From assembly GCA_033442325.1 (NCBI GenBank), contig JAWQFM010000013.1, positions 1,457,847-1,521,846 on the forward strand: 64,000 nt of DNA, written 5' to 3'. This stretch comes from Salpingoeca rosetta. Lineage: Eukaryota; Protista; Choanoflagellata. Shown here piece after piece: positions 1 to 14,205 of the stretch (its first letter is position 1; the number at the start of each line of letters is the position of its first letter). The notes beneath the pieces were generated by a model, which was given only the letters and a program-made list of their open reading frames with translations, did no database searches and was not told where the DNA came from. The translations under genes were made by a program, and so were the position numbers.

Positions 1-1137
1 CTGCGTGGGCGGTGTACTTGCTGCAACGCCAGCAAGCGTCGGTTCATGCAGCTGCTGGTGGAGCTGCCATGGGAAATGGAGCGGCAGGGGCAACGGAAGT
101 TGTTGCTGGTGTTGCTGTGGCGGTGGAGCAATGTTGCCTTCGTCGAGATCAGCTTCAGCAAGGCTGCCGCGGGGCAACCCTTGTTCGTCAGCATCAGCTG
201 CTGACAGGAATGCCGCTTTGGTGTCAGGCAGCCCGGCGCTTGTTGAGTGTATACGCCGCTTCCCCTGCTGCTTCCCCGCAAACCCGCTACTGTTGGTGTT
301 GTTGGTGTTGTTGGTGTTGCTGCTGCGGCCACTGGCGCTCGCAGTGCCTGCCGTATCCGTTGTTTGGTTCGATGGGCGGGGCTGCCTACGCTGTGACCGT
401 GTGGGCACAGCAGTAGCAGGCTGCGGCAGCGGTTCCATGGTGCTGGACAGATACGGCATGACGGGCGCGAGTGGTGTTGGTGCTGCATTGGGGTGCGCCT
501 GGGCTGAGGGTTGTGCAGGCACACCCACGTGCTGCGGCCACCCAACATGCTGTTGTTGCTGCTGTTCCAGCGTCTGTTGTGGGGAGAAAAACTGAAGAAG
601 CGCAAGCAAGGCGTCGTTCGGCAGCTGGTCCTGACGATGGGCGTTGCCTGCAGGCACGGTGGATAGCGCAAGACCGCCCCCAACCAACCCAGTTGCCGTT
701 GACGGTGCAGGCGCTTGCTGTTGCTGCTGCTGCTGGTGCTGGTGCTGGTGCTGCCGTTGCTGGTACTGTTGTTGTGGTTGTTGTTGCGCTGTGGCAGGGG
801 GGTTGACTAGTGAAGAGGGGGAGGATGATGACGGGTGCGGGGTGCGCACAGGCGCACTGCCATTGGTGCTCCACCGCACCAACGATGCAGCGGGTATCGG
901 TGTCTGCTGCACCTGCGCATCAACCACAGCCGGAGCGGACGTGACAGCAACCGAGTTGGGCTGGTGCTGCTGGTGCTGGCGTTGTTGTTGGTGCTGCTTG
1001 TGCTGGTGCTGCTGGTGTTCTGGCAGGGATTGGATGAAGGAGACCAAGCTGGGCGTCGTCAGCGGCGGGTTTCCTTGTGCATCGGGCTCATGATGCACGT
1101 GTGGTGCAAGCAGTGCCTCCAACACCTGCTGCAGCTG

Positions 1138-1168
<31 letters not shown>

Positions 1169-1179
1169 TGTCGTCGTCG

Positions 1180-1214
<35 letters not shown>

Positions 1215-2142
1215 GCTGTTGTTGTTGTTGTTGTTGTTGTTGTTGAGTGATGTGGGTTGGCGCTGCTTGCACGCCGGCCACCACCTGTCCCTGGTGTGCA
1301 GGGGCGGTTGCGCTGCTGGCCTCCCCTTCGACAGGAGCTTGCTGGGTCTTGCTTGTGGTGTCGGCTGTGCGGTCGATGGTGGTATTGCCATTGACAACAC
1401 TGCCAGCGGCACTCGTGGCGCTGCTGTGGTGGGCAGGTGCGGCATGGGCGTTGTGTTTGTTGACTGTGGCTGACGCAGGGGATGGTGTCACTGCCTGCTC
1501 TGGCGGGCGTCCGTGCTGCTGAGGATGCTGAGGCTGGGACGGCTGCTGCCATGCGAGAAATGGGGATGCATCGAACGATGGCATGCTGGCAACACCAACA
1601 GCACCGTGTGCCTGTGGGATCGGTTGCTGTGAGCTTGTGGCTCTGCCGGCTTGGCCAACTTGGGTGGAAGCCCTACTCGCAACTTTTGCGTTACCCTGCT
1701 GCTGCTGCTGCTGTTGCTGTTGGAGCGCGCCCTGCAAGATCGCCAGCTGTGACAGTTGCTGGCATGCAACCAGCGCAGCCTGCGGGCTGGGCCGATTGGC
1801 ACTGGTCGGGGACATGAGCCATTGTGTGAGGGTGGCAAGTGCCTGCATGTGCTGGGCGTCCGCGCCATGCCCTGTCCGAATCGCTTGCGCCTGTTGTTGC
1901 GGGTGCTGTTGTGGGTGTTGTTGTGGGTGTTGTTGTGGGTGCTGTTGCTGAATGGGATGCAGCGCTTGCGGTTGCAGGGGATCAGAAGAATGTTGTTGTT
2001 GCTGCTGCTGCCGTTGTTGTCGTTGTGAGCGGAGGAGAGTACGAGCCGTCGTGCCCGGGTCGTCCACAGCTTCGGGGGGCAACCAGCCCGCTCGACGTCG
2101 CTGCGGCTGCCGCGGTGGCTGTGTTGGCGGCGGCTTGCCCAT
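1..2142 (-). CDS. Glutamine-rich low-complexity hypothetical protein, 3'-partial (runs off window, >=714 aa)
   Basis: Manual translation from ATG 2142 (MGKPPPTQPPRQPQRR...) shows no stop down to base 1. Contains polyQ tracts and short amphipathic segments (LQQVLEALL, DALLALLQFF). Missing from the ORF track, presumably because no stop lies in the window. Upstream exons are possible. Confidence 0.7.
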
Positions 2143-3847
2143 GCTTCATGTATGTGTGCAGCGTTGTCCGAAGATCGGGCCCATGCAGAGATCAAAGCGA
2201 GTTGTTGAATGAGAACAAAGGCCGCCTTGTGGTGTGCAGGTTCACGCGCATGCGCGGACCACAATCCTGAGGCAGCCGGGCCAGCCAAATACAGGTGCGA
2301 ATCAAACGCTTGTTTGGTGATGAATGGGGATGTCCTTGGAGACTGTTGCCTGTACCAGGCACGTGTGGGCGGTGCTGGTGTGGAGATGGGGCGTTTGGTA
2401 TCGCGGGGGTGTGGTGTGGTGTGGTGCGACCTTTGTGTGAGCTGTTAGAAAGTGCGCACCGCCCTCTGCTCGCGCATGTGCGTGTGTGCGTGAGTGTATC
2501 TTGGCTGCTGGGGGGGGGGGGTTGCTGTGGCCGGGGTTGCTGGAGGTTGCCTCCTTGGGTGGTGGTTAGAGCTGGTGGGGCAGGTATGCAAGCAGAGGCA
2601 ATGATGAAGACGCACGAGTCTGCAATGACGTGCGTGTTATGTACAAACGCGTGGGGCCACACAAAAGAACGCTGGTGTTGTTGGTGTTGGTGTTGGTGTT
2701 GGTGTTGCTGGTGCTGGTGCCGTGAGGTGTGGGTTTGTAGCGGTTGTTGTGCTATTGCTGTATCGACCGCACACACCGAGACAGACAGCCAGCCACCCGC
2801 AGTCCTGTTGGTGCAACCTGAGCGGTGGTTGCTTTGCTGTGGAGGATGATGCAAACACGCGTGCGAGTCTTCCGCGAAGGGTGACGTGGACGCAACGCAA
2901 ACGCCTTTTGGACAGGGGAATCAGACGCAATGTTGCACGCTGGCCAAGCAGACAGAGGGTGTGCTTGTTGCTTCTGCGTGGTGTGGCGTATGCTTGGTGT
3001 GCGTCACTTTGGGTGGGGTCGCAACCGGTTTGAAGCGCGTCTTAAGCAAGCTTGTTGGGGCGGTGGTGGGCGAAGGTGGACGCACACCAAGCAAGCAATC
3101 AATCACGTTCGCACACCAATCAAGCAAGCACAACAACCCAAAGCACGATCTCTCAAGTGGATTGGTAACGAGTGGGCGAACACGCGCGCGAGCACCTCAC
3201 GAGGGTGGCCAAAACACAACCACAAGCAGGAGGAGGCGGACGAGGCAGAAAAGGCAATCACACACATGCCACACGCACAAACGCGAACCACCAATCAATC
3301 AGACGCACGCACGCAAGCAAGCACGCGCGAGCAATCGACCCATGAAGATGGGAGTGGAAATAGCAAGAAACACCCTGCCGTTGGCAGATGCGCAAGTTTG
3401 GCCCAGGCGCAAAGCAGCACAATAACGCAACGCTACCGCGAAGTGGAAATCCAAAACCCATCGCCCCAACGAACCAGGCCAGTCGCCCGTGATGATGATG
3501 ATGATGTTTTGCAAGCATGCACCAGCTGCTGGCGTGTGTGTGTTTTCTTGGAAACTAAACGAAACGATTTTGCAATCCACTTCCAAGAATCAGCGGGTTT
3601 GATGCGACTTTAATGTTGCAAAAAACGCTCACGAAGCAACGCAACGCGGGCGTGAGCAAGCAACAAACACACGCAACCCACCAAACAGGCACGAAAAACA
3701 AAGAGAGGCAACAACGTGTCAACGAAGAGAAGCAACAAGGCAAGAGCGGACAAGCCACATCTCACATCATCACATCAAGGCACGTCATGTCTCATGCTGC
3801 AGGCAAAGCGCATCTTCCCGCCCCCCTGCCGCTGGCCGCCTTCAGCT

Positions 3848-4111
3848 TCAGGATGGCGGCACGCCAATGGTCGGGTAGACGTTGTCGAAGAGGATGCCGC
3901 AGGTGCCGCACACCTATGGCCAAAGCAGACAATAGCACGCGATGTGAATACATGAGCACTTAGGGTCACATCACTCAAGAATGGCATCGAGTCAAAGCGA
4001 CGAGAGGTCTGGGGAGGAGGGAGAAGGGTGTTGCAAGCACAACCCAGCAAGCATAACCCCCTCCCGCTTTACATCTCTCCATCTGTCTCTGTTTCTGTCT
4101 CTGTCTCTCTG

Positions 4112-4208
<97 letters not shown>

Positions 4209-4368
4209 CGCGCACACACACGCACGCACCTTGACTTTGTCGGGGCCGCCCTTGCAGCCGCTGCCGTCCTGGGGAGTGATGTCCATGCCACAGCGACCAC
4301 CCTGATGGGACAAGCGGGGCGAGGGGGCGAGGAGATAAGGAGGGGGGGGGAGTGAGGGGTGAGAAATG

Positions 4369-4426
<58 letters not shown>

Positions 4427-6365
4427 CCCGACCAATTGTGAGCTGATGAAACACTCAGTTTCACGTCAGACAAAAGCCTCAGACAACAAAACAACACATA
4501 CACATACACATGTATATTGTAATCGCACGTACACATTCACACGCCCACAAAGGGGGAGCAAAACAACACACAGGCAGAAGCACACGCAGTGCAGTACGAA
4601 TCACATGTCCTCCCTGCTCTTGCAAACACACACACACGCACGCGCGCGCGCGCGTACCTCGTTGGCGGTCCTGCGGATACGGATGTACCCGCTCTCACCC
4701 CAGTGTGGGGTCCAGCTGTTACGCACGAGCCAATAGCCCTGGGAGTTGTCGTCACCGTAGCCAACAAGCTGCACGGCGTGGTCAATGTCCGGGTTGGTCT
4801 GGTTGCAGCCATCAAAGATGCCGCTCTCGTAGTTCTTCCACTGTCGCCCAGCAGACACGACAACACCGGCAGCAGCAGCAGCAGCAGCAGCAGCAACAAG
4901 AGGGCAGGACCGATGATAACGGCAGAGGTGAGACGGAGCAGCAAAGAAAATTAGCCAAGTGGCACAAGCCTCCAAAATCTCGCACACGGGCGACAGTCAG
5001 CCAAGGACCTTTCGTCGCACAAAGCGACAGCAAGGATGGACAAGGACAGCCGGTAACGGGCGACAGACAACTACGGCGACTCACGGCAACGGCCTCGACG
5101 CTGATGGAGATGGGGCCCTTGTTGGCAATGGCGTCCATGAGGGGCTCGTACTGGTTGGAGGGAAGCTTGACGTACCCGGTCACGTTCACAACGGACATCT
5201 GCGCGGGATGCGTGGAAATAGGTTGAGGACCGGGACAGCGGTGTCAGCGTGCGTGCATGTGGAGGCGAGGGAATTACTTTCAGTGAGTGTGTATGTGTGT
5301 GCGTGTGTGCGTGCACAAGAGCAAACTTGAGCAATGCGCGGCGTGCAAGCAGCAGACAACCACGAGCAAGCAAAAGGAATCAAGCACACCTCCACAGCTC
5401 TGGCTACTCCCGCTCCCCTGGTCTACACCTCGAGCACACCTTCTCCTTGAAGTGGCACTTGTAGTTGTCGCCGTACCAGGACAGGTAGGGGTAGGTCCAC
5501 TCGGTCTGGAGACCGCCGTGCTTGGCCATCTAGTCACGCAACGACAACAAACACACAACATGAGCAGCGGATTACAACTTGCTGCATGCGTGTTTCTTCT
5601 CCCTTGTGTACACACACGCTCACACAAAACCACAACCCTGCGAAAACGGATGCGCACGCGCCCACGTCCACAACATGGAACGCACGTGCTCGTATGCAAT
5701 CTCGGCGGTGCCGCCCTGGCAGCCGCCAGTGCCGCCGCACTCCTCGGGGTTGGGCGTGCAGTCGAGGATGTTCTGCACAACCAAGGCAGCAAAGAAAAAG
5801 AATGAGAGTGTGTGTGTGTGAGAGAGAGAGTGTGTGTGTGTGTTTGTGTGTGTGAGAGAGAGTGTGAGTGAGTGAGTGAGTGAGAGAGTGAGAGAGAGAG
5901 TGTGTGTGTGTGTGCGACGTTGTTTGTGACAACAAGGTGCTGCTTTGTTTTGTGCAAGCACTTGAACGCGCACAACCGTGCATGACATCATCACACGGTG
6001 GTGCGAAAAGCTATGCAGTGGAGAATGTGGCACCACCCATCAATGCGTGTTACCACTACGCAGTCAACACGGCTCACCTGCTCGGACAGAACCTCGAGGG
6101 TACCGGTCTGGACGGCGACGTGGCTCTCGAGCGTCTCCGCGGAACCAAACGACCTGCACAGTCACCGCACACACACACACACACATGTTGATGCGGACAG
6201 GGACCAAGTCGCGTGAGCAGATTGTGCGTGTGTGTTTGGGGGGGGGGCTAATTGAGCAGCGCCAAGATGTCAGGACCCACTGAAAACCAGAAGCAACGCA
6301 CAAGGGATGCATGCATGCATGCATGCATACAGCAGCAGCAGCAGCAGCATCACCACCACCACAAG

Positions 6366-6416
<51 letters not shown>

Positions 6417-6642
6417 GTGCGCACCAGCAGGAGCCGCACTGGCCCTGGTCCTTGACGGCGGTGACGACGTGCTTGGTGCGCCAGTCGACAGAGTCGGGGA
6501 GGCCGTTCACATCAACGTTGGCCTGCAGTACAGAAAGACGGAGCGGGAAAGAAAGGGGGGGGGGAACAAGAAAGTGTCGGTTTGCGGATGAGCATGCGTA
6601 CGTAGAAATACGGGTACACCCAACTGACGACAGCAGGCTCGC

Positions 6643-6701
<59 letters not shown>

Positions 6702-7576
6702 TGAAGCCAGGGGGAGTAGGGCGGTGCAGGCTGTAGCCGATGCCCTTGTCATAGCCGAGGAGACGCTTGAACTGCAGGAGGCACAAGCAAGCAAGGGAGC
6801 AAACAAGTGAGCAAGCAAATACAAAAGCAAACGAGTGGGCAGGGAAAGCCAGCCAGCATGCATGAGCGACTGGTTCTGCATTCACACACACACACACACA
6901 CATAGTGTTGTTGTCTCGTATCACGTCACATCATGCCACAACAGACGGAGCGCGCTACATCATACGGAGACGTCAATGTCATGTTGTGTCACACCTCGCC
7001 ATCGGTCCAGTCGGACATGTGGTTGATGCCCTGCTTCCAGGTCTTGGTGGGGTCGCTGTTGTGGGCCTTGACAGATGCAAGGGTCTGCGCAGACAGGCGG
7101 TCAGCAGCCACTTGCACGTGAGAACCGCAGTTAAGCCGTGTACAAGGGAAGGGGGCTGGCAGCACTGAGCGCGCAGGTCAAGCAAGGCACAGCGCAGATT
7201 TCAAAAAACGTACGCGCTCAAACACTTGACGGCGGAAGTCATGCTCCTCAGAAGAGAGGTAGCGCTTGCCGTACTCGGCCTTGAAGTGCTGTGAACCAAA
7301 GCCACACAACAAGCAACCAAGTCGTCCAGTGAGTCAGGAGGTGGTGGTCGCTGTTTGTTGACATTTCGCCACCTTCCTGTTTGCCCTAGGGTGTTTGCAC
7401 TAAGCCAAAGCCTGATTGAAACACACACTGCAACACCCACTTTGCAACACGCATTGCTGCACAGGGCACACACGGACCTCAAAGGAGTAGCCATCGAGCT
7501 GGTGCCAGAGGGTCTTGGCAGAGACAGTGGTGGCCACAAGGGCGACCAGAGCCGCAACAACGACAACAGCACGCAT
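3848..7576 (-). CDS. Cathepsin L-like papain-family (C1A) cysteine protease, prepro form, 11 exons
   Basis: Signal peptide [16 protein letters not shown]29-type propeptide ([29 protein letters not shown]). Mature domain [18 protein letters not shown] (catalytic Cys), [10 protein letters not shown] (His), YWLVRNSW (Asn), ending [17 protein letters not shown]. Last five exons 5440-5529, 5085-5198, 4658-4840, 4230-4301 and 3848-3913 are phase-consistent GT-AG. Confidence 0.95.
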
Positions 7577-7851
7577 CGTGTGGCGTAAGTTTGTCTTTCT
7601 CTCTTCCTCCAAATCAGATGTAAAATGAGGGTGAAGCAACAAATGGCCCATCCCTTACAATGAGAGGAAAATCCCATTTGGACAGCCTTCGACAAATGAG
7701 CACTTCTCTCCAATTTCGCGTTGGCCCTCTCGCACTGCAAGCAGACACGTGAGCCAAGGGAACAAGCATCTCCCACGTTGTCTGCCAGCGAAAGCACACA
7801 GACCAACCCCCCCCCCCAACACTCCCAACACACACACACATCATCGCCGCC

Positions 7852-8070
7852 ATGTCGATGACAGTGCTGTACGAGTCTGCGGTGGGCTTTGCCCTCTTCG
7901 ACGTCGTGGAGACCGAGGAGATTGGCATCAGCCTCCCCTCCGTCCAGGTGTGGTGAATGAGAGCTTGTATCTGTGTATGTGTGTGTTTGACGTGTACGTG
8001 TGTGCGTGGTTGTGATTGTGCGTGGTTGTGATTATGTGTGGTTGTAATTGTGTGTGATTGTCGTGAATGG

Positions 8071-8101
<31 letters not shown>

Positions 8102-9535
8102 ATTGTCGCTCCTCGTGCTCTTGTCGTTCCTCTTGTCGTTCCTCGTCATCTTGTGGAGGGTGCGTGCTGTTTTGTGGATTCGTCATGTTCATTTGCTGCT
8201 GTGCCCCCTTCGCCTTCGTATTGCTCATCGTGCGACACTTGCCTACGGCGACACTTTTTCAGGATGCCGTCAACGACCTCTCCAAGTTTGGCAAAGTCGT
8301 CAAGTTCAAGGCCATCCAGCCATTCCGATCAGCACAGGTGCGCGCGCGCGTGTGTGTGCTTGAGCTGTTGTGTGTGCGTGTGCGTGCGTAGTGTGCTTGA
8401 TCTGGTGTGCTTGTGTCGTTGGAGATGGAGGCAGAGCCAGCAGGATCACTTTCAGTGTTTGGAAACACTCGCACCAACGCACAAACCGCCCCACACCACC
8501 TCCATCACCAGCGACAACGCCAATCACGACAAACTCACCTTTGCCCATCACATGACGACCTCCGGGTCGGCTTTCTTTTGTTGTTCACTGGCACGTGTTC
8601 TGGTGGCCAACAGGAAGCGTTGGAGAGCATCAACGCCGTGAGTGAGGGTGAAGTCCCCGACCTTCTGCAGGACTTCCTCGAGACCAACGTCCTGCAAGCC
8701 CAGTCCAAGAAGAAGTCGAAGATGGTCCTCGGTGTTGCCGACTCAAAGTGCGTGTGTCTGCGTGTGTTCCGTGTCATGTGATTGATGCGTTTGATGGTCC
8801 ACACCTCCTCGCTGATGACAGTAGTATGCGCGCGTCTTTTTGTGTGTGCACTTCTGCCGGCTCACATTGCTGTCATCGTCGTCATCATTGCCACCACCCT
8901 GCTCACGTTCTGCGCACCACGCACTTCCTCACTCGCCCCACCCGCGGTTTGCTCATGCATCCCCCATCTTCGTCACATCAACAACAACGATACAGGCTTG
9001 GCCAATCGATTGCACAGGCTGTCGGCTGCAAATGCGACCACACTGGCGTCGTGCCCGAGCTTCTCCGTGGCATCCGCCTCCACTTCACCAAGCTGTACCC
9101 CAAGCTCTCCGAAGTTGGCCTGGACAAGGCCCAGCTTGGTCTCGGTCACAGCTACTCCCGTGCCAAGGTGCGGCTCCTTTGGCGCAGCAATCCACACACA
9201 CGCCCACGCACGCACGGAATACCGTGGCTTTGTTGTGTTTTGCACGATAATCATCTCACCCCAGCTGTGCTTCCTTGGCCGTTGTTGTTGGGGCTGCAGG
9301 TGAAATTCAACGTGCACCGCGTGGACAACATGATCATCCAGGCCATTGCCCTCCTGGATCAGCTTGACAAGGACATCAACACATTCGGCATGCGCGTTCG
9401 GTGAGTCACGCACACGAACCTACACGCGAGATGCGACATTTCACGCGTTGCATTTTTGTCTCGGACTGCACACCTGCTCCGACACATCCTCCTTTACACC
9501 CATTTTCGCTCACGCACATTTCCATTGTCATGGCG

Positions 9536-9572
<37 letters not shown>

Positions 9573-10887
9573 ACCCAGCGAGTGGTACGGCTACCACTTT
9601 CCGGAGCTGTCCAAGATTGTGACGGAGAACATCATTGTTGCGCGCCTTGCCAAGATGATTGGTCGCCGCTCCTCCCTCACAGAGGACAGCCTGGAGAAGA
9701 TTGAGGAGATCACCATGGACTCGGCAAAGGCCGAGCAGATTATGGCTGCGGCCAAGTCGTCCATGGGTACGTCTTCGCCGATTGCTCGCTGCACTTCTCT
9801 CCTTGTTTGCTTCATCATCGCCTTGTGCTTACCATCCATCTTCAACACACATGGACACGCATCATGCCGCACACACACACACTCACACACACGCACTCAC
9901 ACTCACACTCACACTCGCACACATACACACACACACCTGTCTGTGGACTTGCAGGTATGGAGATTTCCGACATTGATCTTGAGCACGTGGAGTCGTTTGC
10001 AAATCGAGTCATCTCCCTCGCCGAGTACCGCGCCAGCCTGCAGGAGTACCTCCGCTCAAAGATGGCCTCCTGTGCTCCAAACCTTGCAAACCTCATTGGC
10101 GAACAGGTGCGCATCCTCCGCACAGAGGAAGTTGTGTGTGTGTGTTGTGCGCTCATGTTGTTTGTCTGTAGTGTGCCCATCTTGGTTTGTGTGTGTGTGT
10201 GTTGTGCGCTCATGTTGTTTGTGTGTGTGCACTCTTTTCGAACGCTCGTTTCAGCAAACTCACTGACACGAACCCCCCCCCCCCAACACATTCACACACA
10301 TTCTTTTGAAACGCGTACTCGTGTCCTCTCGTCGTTTGTGGTCTCAGGTTGGCGCTCGCCTCATCTCCCACGCGGGCTCCCTGACCAACCTTGCTAAGTA
10401 CCCGGCCTCCACCGTCCAGATTCTTGGCGCCGAGAAGGCTCTCTTCAGGTGCGAGCACAATCCCGGACACGCGCCCCGTCGTGTTGTGCATACATTTACA
10501 TGTACACGTGAAGCAGTGTGTCGGCAGATGTGTGGTGTGCTGTGCGAGTTTGCCCACACGCTTCACTGTATCTGTTGGTACTGCTTGAATGACGCCATCC
10601 CCTTCTCGTTCCCTCATAATTGTCGGGGGGGGGTTTTTTTTTTTGGTGCACACAGGGCCCTCAAGACCAAGGGCAACACTCCCAAGTACGGCTTCCTCTA
10701 CAACTCTTCCTTCATCTCCCGCGCTGGCGCCAAGAACAAGGGCCGCATCTCCAGGTAACACAAACTCATTTGACGAATGACGCTCCGTTGGCTCTGTTTT
10801 GACGTCATTTCGCCTCAGCCGCGTGCATGAGTTGCCGTGACGGGCAATGTGTACACCTGCGGCTGACGTTTCATCTTTGTGTTGTGC

Positions 10888-10922
<35 letters not shown>

Positions 10923-11743
10923 TTTTCAGGTATCTGGCGAACAAGTGCTCGATTGCGGCGCGAATTGACTGCTTCTCGGACACGATGACGGGCAAGTTTG
11001 GCGATGAGATGCGCTCGCAGGTGGAGGAGCGCCTCCAGTTTTACGAGTCTGGCGACCCCCCGCGCAAGAACATCGACGTCATGCACAAGGTGCCCATCCC
11101 ATGTGTGTGTGTGTGTATATGTGTGTGTGTATGTGGCTCTGTGTGGCTCTGTGTGGCTGTTTTCAGCTTTGTCATGCTGTCCGTATGTTGCTTACTTCTC
11201 TTCGCTGTGCATCTCACGGTTCATACGTGCCCATGTACTGTTTCGTGTGCTCTTGATCTAGGTGATGGAGACACTGCAAGGGGAGGAGAGCGCTGCTGAG
11301 GAGGAGCCCAAGGATATGGATGTCGATGCCAAGGTACATGCTTTTTTCCCCTTGTAACAACACAGATCGCGCATACTTTCAGTGACACGCGTGTACATGG
11401 ACACAACCTTTCCCCTCTCACACACTCACACACTCACACACGCGCGCGCGGGCGCGCGGGGGGGGGGGATGCCTTTCATCTTAATTCCATTGTTTGTCGC
11501 TCACGGCACGTGCGCTGCGCCTGCTTTGCGCTTTAGACGCCGGAGAAGAAGAAGAAGGAGAAGAAGAAGAAGGCCAAGCGTACCGCTGCTGAGGCTGACG
11601 CAGACGAGGAGGAGGAGACTGTGGCGAAGACACCAAAGTCAGACAAGAAGAAGAAGAAGAAGAAGTCCAAGGACAAGGACGCCGAGACGCCAAAGTCTGC
11701 AAAGAAGGACAAGAAGAAGAAGAAGCGAAAGAGCGAGGCCTAA
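7852..11743 (+). CDS. NOP56: Nucleolar protein 56 (box C/D snoRNP core), about 12 exons
   Basis: [132 protein letters not shown] and a KKD/E-rich tail ending at TAA 11741-11743. Confidence 0.96.
8772..8820 (+). ncRNA. Candidate intronic box C/D (K-turn) element in NOP56 intron 3
   Basis: TGTCA...TGACA terminal stem flanks box C-like GTGATTG/TGATGCG and box D CTGA (8812-8815). Only 49 nt, and no rRNA target was identified. Confidence 0.35.
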
Positions 11744-12754
11744 TAACCGTTTTCCGTTGTTTGTTGCCTTGGTTTGTTGCCTGTGTTTGGGATCTGTCCC
11801 CCTCTGCTTCGTGTCCCTGTGCTGTGCTGTGTGTGTGTGTGTGTGTGTGTGTTCCTGTGTGGGCTTGATGCGGGTGGACTGTAATCGATGATTTGCCTGC
11901 ATGTGTGTGTTTGTGTTGTGTGGTTTTTGTGTGAGCAGCACAGTTGCTGGGACAGAAGTGTGCTTGCATCACATGCGGTTGTGTGCTTCAGCTGGTTCCT
12001 TCTTTCCTTTGTCGTTTCATACACAGTGTGCCCTCTTGACCATTGATGAGCGAGGGGGGTGGAGATATGAGAGGCAGCAGGAACAACGCGTGGGCGTGCA
12101 CGTGTGATGAACGAACGGAACATGGGACAAGTTGTGGCAACAGAGCGCACGAACAACAGACAGCGGATGCTGTCGTTTGCGTTCTGCATTTGCTGAGTCA
12201 GCACAAATCGTCTTGCGCAATTCTGTGAACGAAAAAAACGCAAGCAGCAATCGACAACAACAGCAGTGCACACACTTCGCTGACACACAACGGCTAACCA
12301 GCAGCCAGCCTGTGCTCTTGTGTGCACTTCTTCCTTCATCTCTTCTTGCTTGCTTGCTTTGCTTCGCTTCGCTCCCTTGCTGACGTGCGTGCGTGTTCTC
12401 TGCCGCCAACCACAAGAGGTAACAGACCACCACATGTTCCACCACCAAGCAAGGTGCTTGGTGCTTGCATACCATGTTGTTGTTTTTTGAGCTGATCGTT
12501 GTCGTCCAACTGGCCGGCTTGTGCGTGAGCTTCATGCGCAAGCAGGCTGTCAAGCAAGCAAGCAAGTCATCATATTCGTGAGGCTGCTCTTGTTGTCTTT
12601 CTTTGCTTTGCAGACACCCACTTACCGCCGTATTTGTGCTTTGCTCCCTTGCTTGCGTGTGAACTCCTTCCTCAAACGGCACTGCTTCGCTCGTCGTCGT
12701 TCACTACCCTCCCATTCCAGCCAGATCCCACTCCTCCCAACGCCAACAACAACG

Positions 12755-14205
<1,451 letters not shown>

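Noticed and set aside
4112-4435. Hundreds of ORFs rich in CVCVCV, HTHTHT, polyC, polyM or polyI
   Set aside because: These are translations of stop-free intronic microsatellites or antisense shadows of real exons.
11740-12123. Minus-strand ORF MFRSFITRARPRVV... resembling a mitochondrial presequence
   Set aside because: It runs into CA repeats, overlaps the NOP56 3' end, and has no recognisable domain.
12104-12196. GTGATGA...CTGA box C/D-like pair in the intergenic region
   Set aside because: There is no convincing terminal stem or rRNA-complementary guide, and such motifs occur often by chance.
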